From the human T2T-CHM13v2.0 reference genome, Homo sapiens: DNA of 64,000 nucleotides. Location of the stretch: assembly GCF_009914755.1 (NCBI RefSeq), contig NC_060927.1, one strand, 5' to 3'. The notes beneath the pieces were generated by a model. That model was given only the letters and a program-made list of their open reading frames with translations. It was not told the origin of the DNA and made no database searches. The position numbers and the translations under genes are program-made. Below, in pieces: positions 38,116 through 49,728 of this stretch. Positions within the stretch are counted from its first letter, which is position 1. Every line of letters starts with the position of its first letter.

Positions 38116-41050
38116 GCAGGATACCCACACATTCACACTTACATCACATGGGGTCAGCATGTGCACTAAAGTCTGACCGACCTGGGTTTTAATCCTGGCT
38201 CTGCCACTCATTTCTTGTGTGATCTTGGGTTAGTTCCTATTCTCTCTGAGGCTCAGCTTTCTTCATACATCCAATAAGGACAAAAATGCCTATCTCACAG
38301 AATTGTTATGAATTCTATGAAAGCAGTAACAAGTTAAAATTCAGGGAATCTGGGTGAAAGGCATATGTAAAGTCTTTGTATAATCCTAAAACTGTGTCAA
38401 AATAAAAAGTTACAGAAAAAATTATTTTAATTACACGCACACATCCATGTTTCTTAGATTCCTAGCACATTCAGAAAATGGCTTGTTCTGACTAATTAAA
38501 CATTCTGGTCAGCATGAAATTTTCCTAAGGAACTAGAGTATAACTGTACTTGGCATCAACTCAGGCTTCATGAAGGACCAAGACTTAGCTGGGCACTGGA
38601 GAACTGCTCTGCGCCCTTCTAACCACAGGCCAGGAGACAGAAAGCCTGGATCAATCAATTCAGTGGCCAGGGTCCATGTGTAACCACCATGTCTGCACAT
38701 GCACAGAGATGCATGCAAGTACACATACACACACATGCTCAACTCAGCAGGCATCACAGGCCCTGGTATGGTAGGAACTCTTTAGTTCCCCAGTGTCTTA
38801 GCTATGAGGACCGACAGTCAAGGGCAATACCTTCAGGGTTACTTGAAAATCACCTGAGATCTGACCAAACAGCTTGTGTAGACTGCATACCTCCATGGTC
38901 AGCTCACTTATGTTCTGAATCCTCTCTGCCTTGCTAAGCCTTCTCACATACACTTGGCAGCTTCAAAAAGGAGCAGGATCTTTCCTCTTGGACCTAAGAG
39001 CAGCAGCAGCACCAGCTAGCTTTGAATGCTAGCCACCCTATTCTCATAGCTCAGAGAACAAGAGTCTACATCCTTAGCACACACAGTTACCCTCTGCCAT
39101 AGCTTCCCTGGAGAGCTAGACTGAAGCAGGCAGAATACAGTCTATTTCAATTGGTTTGAGGCTCAACCCAACTCTGGCCAGACCCTACACAGGCCAATCC
39201 TGCCTGTGCATTTGAGCAGTTGCATGGGTGCTGTGAAGAATTAATTCACAGTGAGTATGCATAGTTGTAGAGAAGGAGGAAGTTAAATTCCCACCACCAT
39301 CTGATCTTTGACAAGGCTAGTATTAATGTAACTTGGTAGCTTATTTAACTGACAGAAGTCTTGGCCCATCCAACCAGCATGGAGTTTGGCAAAGTAATGT
39401 ATATGCTTTAATACCCAAGGCTTATATACCCAAGGCTTAACTGCTAGTAGTGTTGATGTTAAAAGACTCAGTAATAGGAAAAGAAGGCTGAGGCAGGGAG
39501 AATGAGTAAACAGAGTATTGAGAGCGAAACTTGTGTTTCCCAGGTTGTCAGCTGAGACCCAGTCAGAAGGTCTGTGACAAGGCCAATGGGCCCGTAACAC
39601 CCAACAGTGATGACACAGCTGTGGCCTCGCCATGAGACAAAGCTTGCTCAGGCAAGTGGAAGGAGGCCTCTAGACTGCAGGCTGATGCAGGCAAGGCATC
39701 ATCCCGGATGCCTGCCCCCTTCTCAGAGGAACCCTTGGCCTTGGCAGCCATAGTGCTGACCTGCTAACCCAGGAAGCCCTGCGGTCTCCATCAACACAGG
39801 AAGCTGTCCCTGCACTTCTGCAGCCCCAGCTTCTCTTCCTGTCCTTCCATACACCCTCACACAGCCTGCTCGCTGCTGCTCAACTTTTCTACTTTGCCAA
39901 GGAGGAGGGCACAGGCCCTGCCCCTGCCCCTGCAGAGCCAGGTGGTGAGGGGAGCACAAGGGGCAGAGTGAACTTCTAGACCTCTCATTCAGTCAACAGA
40001 AAGAACTCTCCTCCTGCCCCCAGAAGGACTCAATGTCACCTGCTCAGGATTGATTCAAGAGTAGTGATGGCCTTTCCAGTGAAATTTAAGAGATGAAGAC
40101 CACTGACTCTGGGGTGGAAAATGCACTTAGATCCCAAGGACCCTGGACCCGGGAGTAGGCACAGGACCACCAAGCAGGCCAGGAGGCCCACTGTGTCTCT
40201 AGCCCTTATGGACTGAGACTGCTGGTCAGGCATTAGGGTCAACAAAGGGCCAGGCTGGGGGGTGGATCAAGGGGAGCTGCGTCAATGTCCACATATCCCC
40301 CACTGGACTTGGATGCTTGGGCACCAGGGCAAGGAGATGGTGGCCAGGCTCACCTGTCCCCATGCTGCGAGCTCTGGGTCCCTAAGGTTAGCCCTTCTCA
40401 AAAGCAGCACTATAGATGAGCCACAGAGGAGACTGGAGCTGATCTTATCAGAGGAGATGTGAAGAGGGGCCACAGAAGAGGGACCACTTGCCCAGGATCA
40501 CACAGCACCAGGGTCATGGCCAGACACTATCTCTTTCGGTGCACAGCCAAGGGCTTGACCTCAGAGACTGCTCTTCTTACTCCTGCTTTTGCCACTAATC
40601 TGAGCCCAGAAGGCTTACCAATGTGTCCCTGTGTCATGAGGCCCAAATGGAAACACACAACATGGGAAGTGCCAAGGAGCAGCAGAGAGTGAACCACACT
40701 AATGCCTGGAGGCCCAGCTTCTAGAAGGATCACAGATGATCAGAGTGACCTCAGAAAATCACGTCATGGCAAGAAGGGCCTAGAGAATATGTGGTCTAGC
40801 CCTGCATGCCACAGAGGAAAAATCTGAGGCCTAGAAAGAAGGAGGGTTTACTCAGAACACAAAGACAGAACAGGAAGAAAGAACAATAGCAGATCAAGAA
40901 CCAGGGCCTGACCCCAATGAGTGCTTCACAGGTTGGACCAGGCTGGCTACTTAACCTGACAGGTCTCAGCTCCTCCTGGACACTCCAATGTCTTCTGTGT
41001 AAAATGAGGCCATCTCAGGTGTCACCTTCCTCTAAAATCTTCACCCTATC

Positions 41051-41621
41051 TGTATTAGTTATCTGTTGCTTTTACAAATACCAGGAATTCAGTGGCTTAA
41101 AACAATATATTAATACATTTATTATGTCATATTTCCATGGGTCAGGAGTCTGGACATGACTTCACTGGATCCTCTGCTCAGCATGTCACAAGGATGTAAT
41201 CAAGGTGTCAGCTGGGCTACATTTCTTTCTGGATCAGGGAGTCATTTTCCAAGCTTGTGTGCTTGTTGACAGAATTTGGTTCCTTGTGGTTGTAGGACTT
41301 CCCCCCACGGGCTGCTCTTATTTCCTGAAGGCCACCCACATCCCTTGCCACGTGACCCCCTCACAGGCCCTCTCTCAGCACAGCAGCTTACTTCTTCAAG
41401 GCCAGCAAGAGGAGTCTCATAAAGAAACATAATCATGGGAGGGACTATCCCATCACCTTTGAACCTTTGCCGTACAACATAACCTGATTGAAGGAATGCC
41501 ACCTATCACCTTTGCCACACTATATTTGCTACAAGCAAGTCACAAGTTCCATCTGCACTCTGGGGAGGAGGCTATGCAAGGGTATGACTCACCTGGGGTC
41601 ACCTTAGGTTGTGTCTACCAC
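41051..41621 (-). mobile_element. MLT1E-like MaLR solo LTR
   Basis: TGTATTAGTTATCTGTTGC..AGTGGCTTAAAACAA..GGGTCAGGAGTCTGG..TTCCTTGTGGTTGTAGGACT..CTACCACA. Confidence 0.75.
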
Positions 41622-43829
41622 ACCATCTCACAGTCAGGTTCCTAAGAGATGCAGCCTTTACTCTTTACTCCACCTCTGCCTTTTCTCCCACTGTGGTGAA
41701 CCGGGCTGATCACCTGGAACAAAACCTCACAGGTCTCTGCCTTGAGACTAAAGCGCTCCTAGCTGGCCTGGGCAGAGGCTGAGTCCTGCCTGTGTGCTTC
41801 ACTGGGCATCTGCATGCTGCTCTATCCAGTTCTCCCACATCACACCCAGCCCTCCCCCAGGCAGAGGTGGAAGGACCAGCAGACACAGCTGCCCAGGCCA
41901 CAACTCCAGCTGAGTGTGGTCTTCTTGCTACATGATAGAGGCAGGAGAGGAGCTGAGTTCTTCTGGCCCAACATCTGGGGTGCTATCCTCTTCTGATGAA
42001 GATGGGTGAGAGTCAGGGTCAGGTGGCTAGCTAGGTACCTCTTCAGGTCTCCAGTTCACTTCTAATCTGGGCAGCAGCCTGCAGTGTTTGGGTTGAATGT
42101 AGGGGAGGGAGGGGAATTTAATGAATCAGAATCAGGGGATAATTTCCAGATCTTGGTGCCACAAGTAGGATTTGCTAATATCCTTAAAATAATTTGGGAG
42201 TGGTTTCTCCCCCAAAAGAAACCCTTTGGAGGTTTGCTCTGTTCACAGAAGTGCAGAACCAAACAAAGATCACTAGTGCCAAGACCTGACTCTACTCACA
42301 GCAGCCCAGAGACAGTCTGGGAACTGCAGGGTCACAGTGAGGCAGAGCCAGACAGCCTTGGGGAGGAAGAGACAAAGCTCAGTCTGCTCCTCAAAGCCAG
42401 TGCTGGCAGCACAGAGGCAGTGTGCTGGAAAACACCCTCCCTCAACCTCCAAGGCAAGGTAACAGCCTTTCTCTCTTCTCATTTCCCCTGCTTTGCTGGG
42501 CTGGAGCTCCTCATCTTGTCCTCCACACAAACACAGAACTGGTCCATCGTCCTGTGCCCCCATACTCATCAGTGGCTCCATGGGAACCTCCAGCCTTTCA
42601 TTAAATTTGGTTAGGACCCTGGGATGGACAGCACCCTGCCCGGACCTTGACCCACCCTGGCTCCCAAGGGCCCTGTGCATGGCCAACAAGCCCCCATCTG
42701 TGTCTGGTAGGAAGCAGTGTCTGTGAGCCTCTCCCTTCGGTCTCAGCACTTCTATGGATCTCTCTTCCCCAGTGCCCCTTGCTTCCCCTGTTTGCCCTCT
42801 TAGCCCTCCTCTTTTACTGAACAGGGGAAAGAAACAAGAAATGTGTTCTAAGTGCCTCACTTACTGTTTAGTCTATGCAGTGTTTATTCCCCCCACTCAC
42901 AGACAGGGTCAGAAAAGAACATTTTCTCTTCCTTTCTCAGAATTAGCACAGCCACTCCCAGAGAGAAAGGTTTTCCTTATCTCTAGGGACTTGTCCCTGG
43001 TGCACAGGCCAAAGTTGCAGCTCTCCAATCCTGAGCCAAAATGGTCCTCCTCCTGCCTGCCCCAGGGTTGGGGGAAACAGAGGGACCAGAGGAGGCTGGA
43101 AGAGGTCAAAGCTGGGCTGTGTTGTTTGTGGCCCAGCCTTCCAAACCAGTTTTTCTCTGGGCCAGCTGCTTCAGGCAGAAGAGCCACCTCTGCTGAGCAC
43201 CAAGATGAGGGGGCAGCTCTCCTTACCCACCCTGAACTCACAACCTGGCACTGCTCAAAGAGGCCAAGGGTGGTGACTGAAAAATGCTGTAATCATTGAT
43301 GCTGCAAAATTAGGATTACTCCATGCACCAGCTACACTGGCAAAGGAATACCAAGGTGGTGCTCAGTAACGTCCAGTGGGCACTGCCTATGCAGAAGAAC
43401 AGGAAGGGCAGGGAGCAAAAGTCATCAGGCCTTTAGAGGGTGGGGTTTCAAAACTTAAAGCAGATCATGAGCTGACCCGTGAGCAGGGGGGTGCACCAAT
43501 TGACCTGAACAGGCTGCCTTCTCTGGGTTAGGGGAGGGTTCAAAACGGCAGTGTCTGCCTCTACTCTGGCCCCTTGGCTTTCAGCCTTAGCTTTTTGTGC
43601 AGCCAGCTTAAGATGGGTCTCTGTTCTCCAAGGCATGGAAAGGGGCACTCCCTTCTACAATGCTGCTCTCTCTCAAGTCCTTGGGGACTCCGGAGCTTGC
43701 TGGGGTGATGGAACCCAGCAGACAGGCATAGGGGAAAATATCCAAGAAAGCAAAGGAAGTGATCAAGTGTCCACTGGAAGAGAAGTCCAGTGAGACAGGG
43801 AGGGACAGGAAGCTGCATAACAGGGCTAG

Positions 43830-44720
43830 GGGGCCTCATATAACTAATGACCAGAGGACGGGGGTGCTCACACACCCAGTGCCCAGAGGACAGGACACAA
43901 ACACACCTAATGACAGAGAATGGAGGACTCACATACCCAGTGCCCAAAGGACAGGGGGCCCCACATATCCCAGTAACCAGAGGATGAGGGGCTCACACAC
44001 CAATGATCAGAGGATGGGGGGCTCACACACCAATGATCAAAGGACGGGGGATTCACACACCAAATAATCAGAGGACGGGGGGGCTTATATATCCCAATAA
44101 CCAGAGGATGGGGGGCTCACACACCAATGATGAGAGGACGGGGGACTCACACACCAAATAACCAGAGGACGGCGGGGCTCATATATCCCAATAACCAGAG
44201 GATGGGGGGCTCACACACCAATGATCAGAGAATGGGGAACTCACACACCAAATGACCAGAGGATGGGGGACTCACACACCCAATGACCAGAGGATGGGGA
44301 ACTCACACATCCAATGGCTAGAGGATGGGCTGCTCACACACCAATGATCAGAGGACAAGGGGCTCACACATCCAACAGCCAGAGGATGGGCTGCTCGCAC
44401 ACTAATGATTAGAGGACGGGAACTCACACACCCAATGACCAGAGGAGGGAGGGCTCACATACCCAATGACCAGAGTATAGGGGACTCACACACCTAATGA
44501 CCAGAGGACGGGGGACTCACACACCCAATGACCAGAGGACGGGGGACTCACACATCCAATGGCCAGAGGATGGGCTGCTCACACACTAATGATCAGAGGA
44601 CGGGAACTCACATACCCAGTGACCAGAGGACAGAGGACTTACACACCCAATGACCAGAGGATGGGGGACTCACACATCCAATGACCAGAGGATAGGGGAG
44701 CTCACACACCCAATGGCCAG
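43830..44720 (+). repeat. Minisatellite/VNTR, ~30-31 bp unit (consensus about CACACACCCAATGACCAGAGGAYGGGGGRCT), ~29 copies
   Basis: Tandem units are directly visible; ORF 43759..44067 shows the periodic HTNDQRMGGS; left-hand units are more degenerate. Confidence 0.95.
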
Positions 44721-44745
44721 TTTCTGGTCATATGCCACATCCAAC
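44710..44745 (-). CDS. RAB6B: Candidate alternative RAB6B exon: either a 36-nt in-frame cassette (GWMWHMTRNWPL) or an alternative start (MWHMTRNWPL, ATG at 44740)
   Basis: Pyrimidine tract CTCCTCCCTCTCTGCTACCTGCTCAG/, then GTTGG ATG TGG CAT ATG ACC AGA AAC TGG CCA TTG G/GTGTGT. It ends in phase 1, as exon 1 does, so it joins exon 2 in frame. Confidence 0.5.
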
Positions 44746-47329
44746 CTGAGCAGGTAGCAGAGAGGGAGGAGTCCGGAAGGGCTGCCAGCAGTCCCGCAGA
44801 ACACCCATGGAAGGCCAGAGCAGTCAGGGAACCCAGGGCACTGTGGAGATAGGATGGACAGGGGAGCTTAAAGGGGCTAGCTTTGGTCCATCTGCGTACA
44901 GTGTGGCCTTGCAGAGAGAGACAATAGTCCCTCCCCTACAATCCTTCATTGTTCCTGAGGCCTCATTCTAAGAGAAAGAATCAAGAAAATATACATCTGC
45001 AGTGGAGCTGAGCTTCAGAACTGGAAGGAAGCTTAAGTTTACAAGCCCTCTCTATAAATTCCATCCTCGGAACGTTTCTGTTCTGACCTAGTTCAGCCAC
45101 CTGGATCTCCTGCCTCCAATCAGAACACATTCTGCCTTCACCTTCTAATCCATGAGCATGTCCCTCTGGGTCAAAACTCCCCAGTGGATCCCCACTGCCT
45201 GCAGGGAGGTCCTCCAGGGCCTGACCCTACTGACTCCCCCAGGCTCAACCCCTTCTCCCCCACTATTTCTCCACCCGCACCAGAATCCCACCACCCTGAA
45301 CCACACCCGATTCCCCAGAAACCCCAAGCCTTTCACTGCCTGGGCATGGTCAGGCCCTCTGCCCTCAGTGCCTCCCCTTCTTTGCTGGTGAGTTCCTGCT
45401 CACTATGCAAAACCTCCTCCAGAAAGCCTTCCCTGACTCCTCCAAGCACATCACGCCCATAGCCTTGCTTGTGTATGTAATACTAATCTTAATACTGGCT
45501 GAGATTTGTTGCCTGCTTATTGTGGGCCAAGTACTACCGACCTCACACATCTGAAGGCATATAACCCCAATGCTGCAAAGCCTCTGCCCTTATACTCCAC
45601 CCTGGCTGAGCTCCTTACAGGAAGTAACGGAGCTGTGAAGATGAGGTACTCTTCCCCTGAGCAGGTTTGGTGGCCCCAGAGGAGCAGGCATGGTGAGTCT
45701 GTCCCACTTTTTGCCAGCCTGTCTCTGAGCAGGGATGGGGAGCTGGGGAAAACACTGGCCAGGGAGTCAAAGGGTCCTTCCATCTGTGTAAAAGCCTTCA
45801 CCTGGCAGACCTTCGCTTTCTTTATAAAATGGGATGAGCAGCTCTTCCTGCCAGATCACGAGGATGTAGACCCCACAGTTCACAATACAGAAATGATCAA
45901 TGATTCTCAAAATCTCGCACCCTACTTCTGCAATGAGGGAGGAGATGGAGATTGCTGTTACTATTTCATTAACAAAATTACCTATCACCTGAGCTTTTAT
46001 CATGTGAGCCTTAATCACATGCCATGTATAGATGTACTTGATCTTCCTGGAACCCCAACAAGGTAATGATCAACTTCCTGCACAGGTGAGGAAAATGAGC
46101 ACAGGTGGTGCCATTGCACACCAACACCATCCATTCAGCAGAGGGGTGGGCTGAGGTGGAAGCCCAGGATGCAGGAGGACCAATATGGTGATGGGGTGGG
46201 GGTGGGAGCTGGGGCTGGGGCCGGGTCTCTAAGCCCTCCTAGGTCTGCTGGGGACACCATATACCCCTCTTGGCTCTGTCCTTTCCCTGCCCTCCCAGCT
46301 TACCCCTCCCACCAGGCTGTGGAAAGGGGTGCCCCTGGGCTAGGAGCACCTGGGAGGTGTCACCTGCCCTGTCGTCCTAATCATGGTTCCTCTCTGTGTG
46401 GAAGACACACCTCCTGGAAGCAGAAGTGCAGGATAGCCCCATCCTTGTTGCTTGGCAACCAGAGCCAAGCACATCTTCAGAAGAAGGGAGCCAGCATGCC
46501 CCTCCCCCACATTGTGCCCCCAGGGAGGGTTGCACTCAGGTGTAGGGGGCCAGGAATGCCTCCCAGGAGAGGAGGTGGTAGGCTGGAGAAGATCCTGCAT
46601 GTGGGACCCAGGACAGTTCTGGGGGCAACAGTCGCAGAGCCCCTGATCCCCCATCTCACTCCTGCAGCCCCTCTCACCAGCAGCATGCTTGTCTCCAGGC
46701 TGGGAGTGTTATTGGCTTGGCCTCATACTCAGAGCTGGCACTGAATTGCAGAACCAGAGTTAGAGCTCCACTGGCCCAAGGGGTCACCCAGCCCAGTAGC
46801 CTTGAGGGGATACACGGAGAAAGCCAGAGATGGGCTGGGGCTTATCCAACATACAGCCAGCCAGTGACAGACCGGGAATAGAATCAGGGTCTTCAGGGCC
46901 CTGGTATCTCCAAGCCAGAAGGGAGGATGTGGCCAGGAAAGGGTTACCCCAGAGTAGGTGGGAACCAGCCATTTAGTTTAATTGGTTCTTCCCTGGTTAG
47001 TAATTAGTTCTCAGCTAGAACCATGGCAGTGGGCTGAGGGCTGACTTGGGAGGGATTTAGCTGCCCCCATAGGCTCTATCAACTCCCTTCAAAGCACCAC
47101 AAATGGAAGAACAGGGTGCCTGCTGTGCAAGACCAGCTCCAGCAGCTCCCACACGGAGACCCTGCTTCCCTCCTCCCTGCTCAGGGCCCCGCAGGTTCCT
47201 CTTTAGCAAAGAGCTTGGCACAAACACTCCCCACGAGTCATGCACAGCAGACCTCGTGTCCAGAAGACCTCAGTGTTCTTCTGTCTCCTCCGCTCCAGTC
47301 CTAGGCCAGAAGCTGCCTTTGAGGCAAGA

Positions 47330-47545
47330 GGTCTGATAGTCCACTGTGTTTCTCACAGTGACCTGGGTCTGAATTCTAATTCTGCCACACTCACAGTGAG
47401 TCCTTGGGCAGGGCCAGCTCTCTCTGAGCCTCTGCCTCCTGACCCACAAAACAGGGATGATCCCACATCCGTCACAGGGTGGCTGGGAAGATAAAAAGTG
47501 CCCTGTGTGGAGCCTCCGGCATAGTGGATGTTCAATAAATGCCAC
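47330..47545 (+). mobile_element. MIR SINE
   Basis: GACCTGGGTCTGAATTC..TCTGCCAC..CCTTGGGCA..CTCTCTGAGCCTC..TTCAATAAATG. Confidence 0.65.
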
Positions 47546-48562
47546 GTGAGTGAACTCATGTGAGGAAGGACACAGGCTGCCATTCTTTTTATGCATTTCC
47601 TGGAAGTAACCTTTGCTTTGAAAGCTCTATTCTGCCCTCAGGGGTGAGGTAACATCTGCCTCCTCAGGACTTGGGCCTGTCCCTTAGGTATGTCAGCCCC
47701 TTGGGACAGGTGATGGCTGGCCCAGAGCATGTGATCTGGTCACCTGGGCTCCCTCTGGCCTTGTTACCAAGAGATCAGAATAAATAAGTTTTTCTACAAA
47801 AAATAAATCACTTTATTAAAATGCTAAATTATGTATATCAGTCAATATTTTTTAAAAAGATCTTACTTTGTTTAGGGCAAAAGTTATGAAAATAATGAAA
47901 ACAATTTTGAAATCTCAAGCCCCAAGATATGGTAAAGAACATCCTAGGAGTCCTTAAGAGTTGTGAGTCTTCATCTTTTCCTTCCCTTGTTCTAGGAAAC
48001 AAAGACTGGACTGGCATTCCAAGTTCCCAGGGGCTTCCAGTCCCCAGGCCCTGCTTGGAGCCCCATTTCCTGGCAGCCTGTCTTTCCACCCTAACAAAAG
48101 CTGTCCATTTCAGGGCGTGTCTGGTACTTCTCCCTGGCAACCTCCACCAGAGCTCCCTCGGCTTCTCTTCCCTGTGGTGAGAAATGGAAAAGAATGGCAG
48201 ACGCAGAGAAAATGCCCATCAGCTTTCCCGGTAGTCCACCCTGAATGTTTATGAATTCTGCTGTTCTACCTAGCCTTCTGTCACCTTCCCCAGTGGTTCT
48301 GTCCAATAATTTCCCAAAGTTAACCACACTGAAACCAGACAGCCCTACACATTCAATGGCCGATGCATTCGGCAACAATGGACGACTTGGGTGGGGAGGA
48401 CAGGGGAAATCTGCAGCCTGGATGGGATACAAATGTTACCACCCTTGGGCCTGGCCCCGGCCAGTCTGCAAAGTTTGCAATGTCGGGGCAACATCTATAA
48501 AGATAGTCATAGACTGATTTTAGGGATAGAATAAGGAACAAAAGGACAATAAGGTTATTTTG

Positions 48563-48567
<5 letters not shown>

Positions 48568-48618
<51 letters not shown>

Positions 48619-48912
48619 TTTGGGATGGAGTTTTGCTCTGTTGCCCAGGGTGGAGTGCAGTGGTGCCATCTCGGCTCACTGAAACCTCCGCCTCCCGGGT
48701 TCAAGCGATTCTCCTGCCTCAGGTTCCCAAGTAGCTGGGATTATAGGCATGCGCCACCATGCCTGGCTAATGTTTGTACTTCTTAGTAGAGACAGGATTT
48801 TGCCACGTTGGCCAGGCTGGTCTCGAACTCCTGACCTCAAGTGATCTACCCACCTTGCCACCTTGGTCTCCCAAAGTGCTGGGATTACAGGCGTAAGCCA
48901 CCACGCCCAGCC
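48568..48912 (-). mobile_element. AluS-type SINE whose tail has become (TA)n
   Basis: Alu body at 48620-48912, (TA) run at 48568-48613, TSD TTATTTTGTT on both sides. Confidence 0.94.
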
Positions 48913-49491
48913 TTATTTTGTTATAATTTAATGTGATTCATTATAATCTGGGGGCTGCAAATGATAATGATCATCAGATCATGCAAAAGACAGTAATTAT
49001 TATTACATCTACGCAGCCAGAACATATTCTAAGTTTCTTTTTTCTTTGCTGGCAAGTTCTCTTGCTATGCATCATCAGATTAAAGGTGCCACCTTCCTCT
49101 TATACCAAGTACAGGTTAATTCTCATCCTGGTGTCTGTCTGACTCTCTCACTCACACACATCTGTTTAAACAAATAAAAAAGCAAAGGTTCTGGGCCTGT
49201 ACCCAACCTCCACAAAGGTGCCCCTTCTTATGCCAGCCACTGAGGAAAGGAGAAAAATTGGGAGGAGAGAAATCAAGAGAAGGAAGCTAAGGCTCAGGGC
49301 AACAGGGTGATTTCTTCCAGATGTCAAAGTGAGCTCTGGCAAGCTGAGGTCTGGTGTGTCCCTTTCCACCTCTGGTGGCCTGGTTGTTCTCATGTATTTC
49401 TTCAGAGACTAGGAATGAGGAAGTGCCCCCCAAGAACTTCAGGTTTTTTGAGATGAATTGTGAGTTGCGCATGACCAAGGTTACATGATCC

Positions 49492-49728
49492 AGCTGGGCA
49501 CCATGGCTCACACCCATAATCCCAGCACTCTGGGAGGCTGAGGTGGGCAGATCACTTGAGGTCAGAAGTTCGAGACCAGCCTGGCCAACATAGTGAAACC
49601 CCATCTCTACTAAAAATACAAAAATTAGCCGGGCGTATTGGTGTGGGCCTGTAGTCCCAGCTACTCGGGAGGCTGAGGCACAAGAATTGCTTGAACCCGG
49701 GAGGCGGAGGTTGCAGTAAGCCAAGATT
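49492..49728 (+). mobile_element. 3'-truncated AluS-type SINE
   Basis: Alu sequence stops at GCAGTAAGCCAAGATT with no A tail. Confidence 0.92.

Noticed and set aside
39410-39440. Short perfect tandem duplications (TACCCAAGGCTTA x2; also ~1974-2000 and ~63554-63582)
   Set aside because: Ordinary slippage micro-duplications with no evidence of function.
42084-43299. Cluster of 176-195 aa ORFs in intron 1 (similar cases at 45506-46744)
   Set aside because: No recognisable homology, they overlap on both strands, and there is no splice, polyA or TSD evidence of a gene or retrocopy.
43830-44720. CRISPR-like array of ~30-bp repeats
   Set aside because: Units are head to tail with no unique spacers, there are no cas genes, and the context is a mammalian intron. 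It is a minisatellite.
49287-49724. ORFs with '[16 protein letters not shown]'-type peptides (also at 5400, 11576, 57697 and 62976)
   Set aside because: Translations of Alu sequence, not genes.
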